Source of the DNA: Stegostoma tigrinum
Lineage: Eukaryota
NCBI RefSeq assembly: GCF_030684315.1
Contig: NC_081366.1
Span: 38,354,078-38,418,077, forward strand
DNA: 64,000 bases
Direction of reading: 5' to 3'
Shown here piece by piece: positions 57,791 to 64,000 of the stretch (positions within the stretch are counted from its first letter, which is position 1; every line of letters begins with the position of its first letter). The notes below the pieces were generated by a model. The model saw only the letters and a program-made list of their open reading frames with translations, was not told the origin of the DNA and ran no database searches. The translations under genes were made by a program, and so were the position numbers.

Positions 57791-59146
57791 AGCCTTCAAA
57801 AGTCATAAAAGAATGGGCACTTAAGTAAAATGTTGGAAGGCTGCAGGTATGCAGTGAACTGTATTACGGACTGAGTTAATGTCACTAAGAAAAGAAGGCA
57901 AAAGATAGAAGAAAGATGTTTTTGATACAAATTACTTATGAATATGAATGCCAGCAATTGGAATGTTCTGCCCGATGGCTGTTCTCTTTGTGCATAACTT
58001 AGGGCTTTTCATATTTTGGAATCTTCAAGACGGTCTGTGATAACCTCTTAATTTTGTCGTGTCAAATATGACATTTGTGCTACACCTACTCATTTCTTCG
58101 TGGCTTGCAGTGAGACAATATACTTTTCATGTGGTCTAGCTGGAACTTTGATTCTTAAATGCAATAGAGACCTCCTCCACAAGCAATTAGAAGGAAAATG
58201 TTTTGTGTACAGGCCACAGAGAATGCATTGTCTAAACATTTAAATTAAATGCATGTAGCGGTAGGTTTCAAAAGATTTTTAAAATGCAGTTTGACATTGT
58301 GCCGTAGTTGCACCATCTGCGGTGACAAATCAAATTAATCCGATCTTTAAATTTACAGTACAACTTCAGTAATACTTGAACAGTGAAAACTGCTTAGTAG
58401 AATGCTGATGTTGTACTGTGAATGCGACTTTAGATATTTTTTTGTCAACGCAGCCTGTGATGACTTCTAACTCCCAAAATAAAGGTCAGCTGTAATTAAC
58501 TTTACTGCTGTAGATTGGATTTCTCTGAATACGTTCACCAAATTCATAGGAAATGTTTTGCTGGCACAAGAACATTCTGCTTGATTGAGGCCAACTGGGG
58601 TTTTTCCAGAATGATATATAGTAAGAAACTGCTTACTTTCTTCATGAACAAAGTGGTTGTTCATCCTGTCCTGAAATCCTGAACTAGAGCAGTAAAATTG
58701 AACAATGTCACAACAAGTTAGAAATTAGAGTAAATCTTTCCTTTGCTCCTACCAGCTTTGACATGAGCTATCACAGGAAGTGAACCCTGGTAACATGAAC
58801 TCTGAATAACAATTAGTCTTGTATTATAAAGTTATAGTAATGAGGTTGGACTCACTTATGCCCAGTTAAAGGTTGCAAAATACTGACAACATTCATATCA
58901 CACTACACTGAAAAACGAATTTTAAATGTGGTGATGACATTTGAAAATTTTTTGGTTATGAATGGAGAGTTCCAAACACTCATAACCATCTGAGAGCAAG
59001 GCAAGGAGACAGCTCATTACCGCCTTCTCAAGAATACTTAGGAATGGACAATAAGTGTTGTTTCAGCCAGCAAAGCTCACATTCCATGTATGAGTCAAGG
59101 AAAACATTATGCAGAGAGGGTGTAATGCAGTCGACGACTTTCTTGT

Positions 59147-59775
59147 TCAGCTGGTAAGTTTGTTTGCAGACGTTTTGTCATCATACTGGGTAACATCATC
59201 AGTGTGCCTCTGGTGCAACGTCGGTGTTCTCTCCCGCTTACTATTTATATGTCCCACTTTCTTGGTATGAGTGACATCACTTCCGGATTTGGTTCTTAGT
59301 GGTTGGTATATGGGGTCCAGCTCTACATCATTGTTAATGAGTCCTGGTTTGAGTGCCAGGCCTCCAGAAATTCTCATGCATGTCTTTGGTTGGCTTGTCC
59401 TAGCTTGGCTATGTTGTCCCAATCGAATTGGTATCCTTCTTTGTCCAGGTGTACTGAAATGAGTGATAGTTGGTTATGTCTCTTGGTAGTTAATAGGTGT
59501 TTGTGAATCCTGATGGTTAGTTTCCTTCTGGTTTGCTCCGTATAACGTTTTTGGCAGTCTTTGCATGGTATCTTGTAAATAACATTGGTTCTGTTAGTTG
59601 TGGTTGTGAGACCCTTTCTTTATTATCAGTAGCTGTCGCAGTGTAGCTGCCGGTTTGTGGGCTACCATGATTCCTAGGGGGTGGAGTAATCTGGTAGTCA
59701 TCATGCAAAGGCTGCCAAAAACATTTCATACGGCAAACCAGATGGAACCTCCCCATCAGGATTCACAAACACTAA
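59147..59775 (-). mobile_element. Penelope-like element 3' fragment (GIY-YIG endonuclease) with short inverted segment
   Basis: Minus frame [34 protein letters not shown]; 59702-59772 is a plus-strand copy of the same region; degenerate hammerhead at ~59165-59205. Confidence 0.85.
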
Positions 59776-60099
59776 CATTATCGCTACACCGCTATCTTTT
59801 CCTGCTGTAAAGTACTAGGGCAGCAGATATCTTATGCAAACTCAGGAAGTGATTGGGTGGAGGAGCAACGTTATGCTGCTCATGTATCTTGAAGACGTGG
59901 TAGGATTGCAGTAATGTCAATGGTCTAGTAAACCAGAGGCCCATGGCAACGCACTGGGGAAATAAAAGCTGAAAGAACTGTGGATGCCATAAATCAGGAA
60001 CAAAACAGAAGTTGCTGGAAAAGCTCAGTAGGTCCAGCAGCATCTGTGAAGAAAACTCAGTGTTAATGTTTCGGGCCCAGTGGTTCTTCCTCAGTATGT

Positions 60100-60555
60100 A
60101 ATGCACTGGGGACATTTGTTTGAATCGCCACTACAGAAACCGATGGAACTTAAGTACAATTAATAAATCTTGAATTGAAAACTAGTCTCAGGTAAGAATC
60201 ATGAACAAAAACAAAGTTGCCGGAAAAGCTCAGCAGGTCCGGCAGCACCCGTGGAGGAGAAAACAGAGTTAATTTTTCGGGTCCAGTGACCCTTCCTCAA
60301 AACACAGGATCATGAAATAGTCCTTGATTGTTGCAAAAACTCACCTTGCTCATTAATGTTCTTTAGGTTGAGGGAAATCTGCCATCCTTACCTGTTTTGG
60401 CCTATGTGTGATTCCAGATCCCATTGGAATGTGATTACCCTTTTAACTGCCCTCTGAAAAGGGCAAGCAAGCCACTCAGTATAAAGTGCAATAACAAATG
60501 GACAATAAATGTTGACCGGGTCAGTGATACCACAACCCATCATGTTAAAAAAAAA
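60100..60555 (+). mobile_element. Deu-domain-type SINE interrupted by PLE terminal fragment (~60205-60305)
   Basis: GGAAATCTGCCATCCTTACCTG..GTGATTCCAGA..TTAACTGCCCTCTGAAA core; ATCATGAA duplicated on both sides of the insert. Confidence 0.65.
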
Positions 60556-61299
60556 ACTGGCTTCCCAATGTTTAAATTGGTGAAATAATGCTGCTTCATC
60601 TGGATGATGTTATAACAGGAAGTGATTCTATATTGAAAAAAAGGTGGTGCTTTCACTAGGGAACAAGAGATACCAATTACTTCAACAAAGCGTCACTTCC
60701 CTTAGAAGGTTAACCTGACAGAAAACCAGGGTCAAATCGTATCTTCTCAACTACCTAATCAACATGAACCAGTTGTTTACAAAATGTAGAGAAACTTAAA
60801 GCAAACAACGTGTCCAAAGATTGTGGAGACCTCAGAACTGCGCCAGTTCCGGCACACAAGCCTGACTGTGCACATGAAGGGGCTATGAGAACGTGAATAC
60901 ACCATTCGGCTACTTCTGTGGACGGAGAACAGCGGTAGCGTTTCGAGTCCGATGTGACTTTTCTTCAGAACTCAGGAACTTCCTAAACACTGACTTCTGA
61001 CTCGAAACGTTAGCTCTGTTCCTGCATCCACAGACGCTGCCGGAGCTCAGAGGAAGGGTCGCTCGACCTGAAACCTTAGCCCTGACTTCTCTCCACACGG
61101 ATGCTGCCAGACCCGCTGAGCTTTTCCAGCAATCTCCGTTCCACGTCGCTGCTGTTTGTTTTTTAACTTCAGGTTTCCAGCATCCGCAGTATTTTCACTT
61201 TGATTTGATAAAATGAAATCGGAAACCCGCTTCAATCGAGCATTGTTGTGTGATATTAGACGGGACCCAAGAATAAAAACCACATGACAGTGCACATCG

Positions 61300-61380
61300 A
61301 ACTCTCTCGCTGCTCCTCCTCCTCGCCGCCGGTAAGGAGCGGTCTGCGCATGCGCTCATCCTCTAAAGATGGCAGCCCCC
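61300..61380 (+). promoter_or_regulatory. PFDN1 CpG-rich promoter with NRF1 and YY1-like motifs
   Basis: TGCGCATGCGC at 61345-61355; AAGATGGCAGC over the ATG. Confidence 0.7.
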
Positions 61381-61401
61381 GTGGATCTGGAGTTGAAGAA
61401 G
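61369..61401 (+). CDS. PFDN1: Prefoldin subunit 1 exon 1, MAAPVDLELKK
   Basis: Matches the recalled PFDN1 N-terminus; GTacag donor, phase 0. Confidence 0.93.
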
Positions 61402-63419
61402 GTACAGGAAGACACAGGGGTCTCATTGCTTCGCGTTTTTATCCTTTTTTGATGACCGATCGCTGGCTTTAACTTTCTCAGAATAAAAGGCACATGTTGT
61501 GGGAGGGTTTTAGCATTGATTTGTTTTCGGTGGTTATTAAAAGTGAGTGGTTGGTGCAGGCCTGGCTGCGCTGGAAGTCTTGCCCACCCTGTTGAGTTGA
61601 AAATTTGCCATGTGTATAATCCATAGACAGCAATAACACGATTTCTGACTTATTTTGGAGTGAGATATTTCTAGAGTGTTAAAGAGTACAAGATGTTATC
61701 ACTTTTGTGTACTGTTGAAATGCATTTATTTTCCTTCATGTCAGATCTTACCTGTTGTCTTAACGATTATGGTTTACGCCTTAATATTTTAAAATTTTGG
61801 AAGCGCACCACAACAAGTAAGTCAGTACGATCGGTATCTGGACAAATACCGATCATTTTGGACGGGTTTGTTCACGGGTCGTCTGTTTTAAGTGTTCCTA
61901 TAAATGTTCAGATTTTAATTTCCTAAAGTGTTTGTAATATTGTTTATTATCTGAATTAACAGAATTTTTATTTTCTTGTCAATTTCTATCACACTCAGCA
62001 TGGTTAATTCGGCAAACTCACTTTTTAAAGTAGACAGTTCAAAGACCTTTGTGCTCAGAGGACGATGCAACAATAATCAGTTATTCAGCAGTTCTTTTTT
62101 AAAAAAAAAACTGAGGATGAGGGTGTCACCCAGAAGGCTGCATTCACTGTTCATCCCTAGTTGCTTGAGAAAATGGTGGCTTTCACCTTGAACTGCTGCA
62201 GTGAATGGTACATTCACTGTGGTGTTATATAGAGAATTCCAAGATATAACCAGTAACAGTGATATTTTATTTGCACTGGGATTATGAGTGATTTGGCAAT
62301 AATGCTTCACTGCTTCTTTTGCTCATGTGGTGGAGGTTTATGGGTGCCAGACTGTTAGTATAACCATGTCGAGTTGCTATTATGCGTTTGTAGACTGAAT
62401 TTACTGAAGCTAGTGCCTGTGATGGAACAAGTGGATGTGAACCACTGTGCCTGGGGGACCTATTTAGTGAACTGTAGCATTGTGAGTTACTTCCACTATC
62501 AGATGTGTGTTAGAATAAACAGTTTATGTAGTAAATGTAAAATTTGTGGGCACAGACTGGATTACATTGAGGTTGCAACGACAATAAAGTCTGTTGCTTG
62601 TGTCATCTGGATGCATTAATGCTATTGTATTGGCACAACCAATCGTTGATGGACTATCTTCTTTTCTTTCAGCTTTTTCCCATATTATGTTGGGTCACTG
62701 TACTTTAATGTCAGTCATCCTTTGGGATTTGGCAGTTGATTTTACAGCCAGATGCTGTTTCTGTCGCTCACTGTTCTCATTCATCTGGGGGTTGGGAAAC
62801 TCAGCACGGTTCACCAGGCAAACTCTTACATTTAACCCCTGGCTTGAGCATGTTGGAAGGATTAAACCTCTCATGAATGGCATCCCACCTATGGTAGCTT
62901 GACTTTGTGGTTGTTGTGTCGATAAGACTATTTTATTGCAGGAACATTTTTTTTGAAAGACATTGTCCAGCTGTATTACTATTACTACTATAATTATTGA
63001 TATGCTGTTTAATTTGAATGCAAGATTAAAATAATTAGACCCTTGCCTTTCTATCTTGGCATCCAGGACTTTAGCAGGATTACATTTGAAGTGTTTGGTT
63101 TGCACACTGCTGTTCACCAAACTGAAACTCTGTCACGAGTTAATTTACACATGGTTCCGTCATTGGTATTGACTGCTAAAAAAAACTTAGGCTTTTGTGT
63201 TCGTTTCTAGAAATTCATGAGAAAAGAAATGAACTGTGGAATCATATTTAATTTCTTATGAATTTCTTTTGAAAAGCTGGAAGTTCAGAGTTGTATGTGA
63301 AATTAAGAACTTCAAAAGTGCTTTATATAAGGCTATTACAGGTTTTTAAAGGAATGATAAAGTTGCATGCTTGAAAATTATAGTTAGTGAAACTTTAAGT
63401 GAAGGGATTGAGAAAGTAG

Positions 63420-63830
63420 ACAGATTTAAAATCGGTCCTTTATATAGGTACAGGAATAGCTCTCTGAGACTGCTTGGTCATTTATTACGATCATAGTCGA
63501 TAGAATGCTTTCATTCCTTTTAACCACACTATCTCTATAACCCATTTGCCATTGGTAATAAGAAATGTATCAAACTTTAAATGTACACCAATGAATGGTC
63601 TTCTGTAGTCATTTGAGGCAGAGAATTCCAAAGATTCACCACACTGTCAGGACTCATGATTTTTTTGTTACTCAATGGCTTCCTTTTTTTTTTGTTGTAC
63701 TGCAGTTCTGGACTCCCCAAACAGGATGAACATCTTACCTGCATGCACCCTGTTATCTCCATGAGTGTTTTGTAGGCTTCTTTGAGATCATGTCTCTTCT
63801 TCAAAACTTTTGAGAATATGTGGCTAGATG
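63420..63830 (-). mobile_element. Decayed CR1 3' fragment in PFDN1 intron 1
   Basis: Minus frame DLKEAYK..VVNLWNSLPQ, typical of the CR1 ORF2 C-terminus. Confidence 0.7.
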
Positions 63831-63934
63831 AAGATTCTGTAATTACTCTTAATGTTAATAAGTAATGGTAATTTTGACTTGTTAAGTCAATTACAGTCAC
63901 ACTTTTTAAATCCATTCTTGTGTGCTTTCCTCAG

Positions 63935-64000
63935 GCTTTTGCTGAATTGCAGTCCAAGGTACTTGATACACAACAGAAAGTGAAACTTGCAGATTTGCAG
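63935..64000 (+). CDS. PFDN1: Prefoldin subunit 1 exon 2 (truncated by window end), AFAELQSKVLDTQQKVKLADLQ
   Basis: Polypyrimidine tttcctcAG acceptor; in frame with exon 1; matches recalled PFDN1 AFTELQAKVIDTQQKVKLADIQ. Confidence 0.93.

Noticed and set aside
14480-61200. Recurring palindromic short repeats as a CRISPR-like array or miRNA genes
   Set aside because: They are dispersed, have no regular spacers, carry TSDs and are linked to PLE termini; the host is eukaryotic.
62695-63120. 141-aa minus-strand ORF in PFDN1 intron 1
   Set aside because: No recognisable domain or splice support; at most a faint gag-like LPGEP remnant.

Overview
Eukaryotic, intron-rich, repeat-dense vertebrate DNA. 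The repeat families (CR1, HE1-like and Deu-type SINEs, Penelope-like elements) suggest a cartilaginous fish, probably a carpet or bamboo shark; this is an inference. Three host genes are readable from spliced exons. RUFY1 is on the minus strand (exons 1-9, 27836 to 6528, continuing off the left edge). A complete HBEGF is on the plus strand (coding 50334-52770, plus a non-coding last exon). The first two exons of PFDN1 are on the plus strand (61369 onward). Most ORFs in the supplied track are spurious or decayed transposon frames. Mobile DNA includes a near-full-length decayed CR1 LINE, Penelope-like element (PLE) RT and GIY-YIG remnants, a decayed Ty1/copia pol and many SINE/LINE fragments. 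The most notable signals are three. (1) A population of 110-220 bp, often palindromic, PLE-terminus-derived elements with 10-16 bp target-site duplications and minimal hammerhead-ribozyme cores; a related core in a longer PLE fragment lies in sense orientation inside a RUFY1 intron. (2) A ~1.5 kb two-tier palindrome in RUFY1 intron 1 whose junction sequences record a fold-back duplication. (3) A copia-type relic in a vertebrate. Repeat boundaries are approximate and read by eye; exon boundaries were checked for GT/AG and phase.
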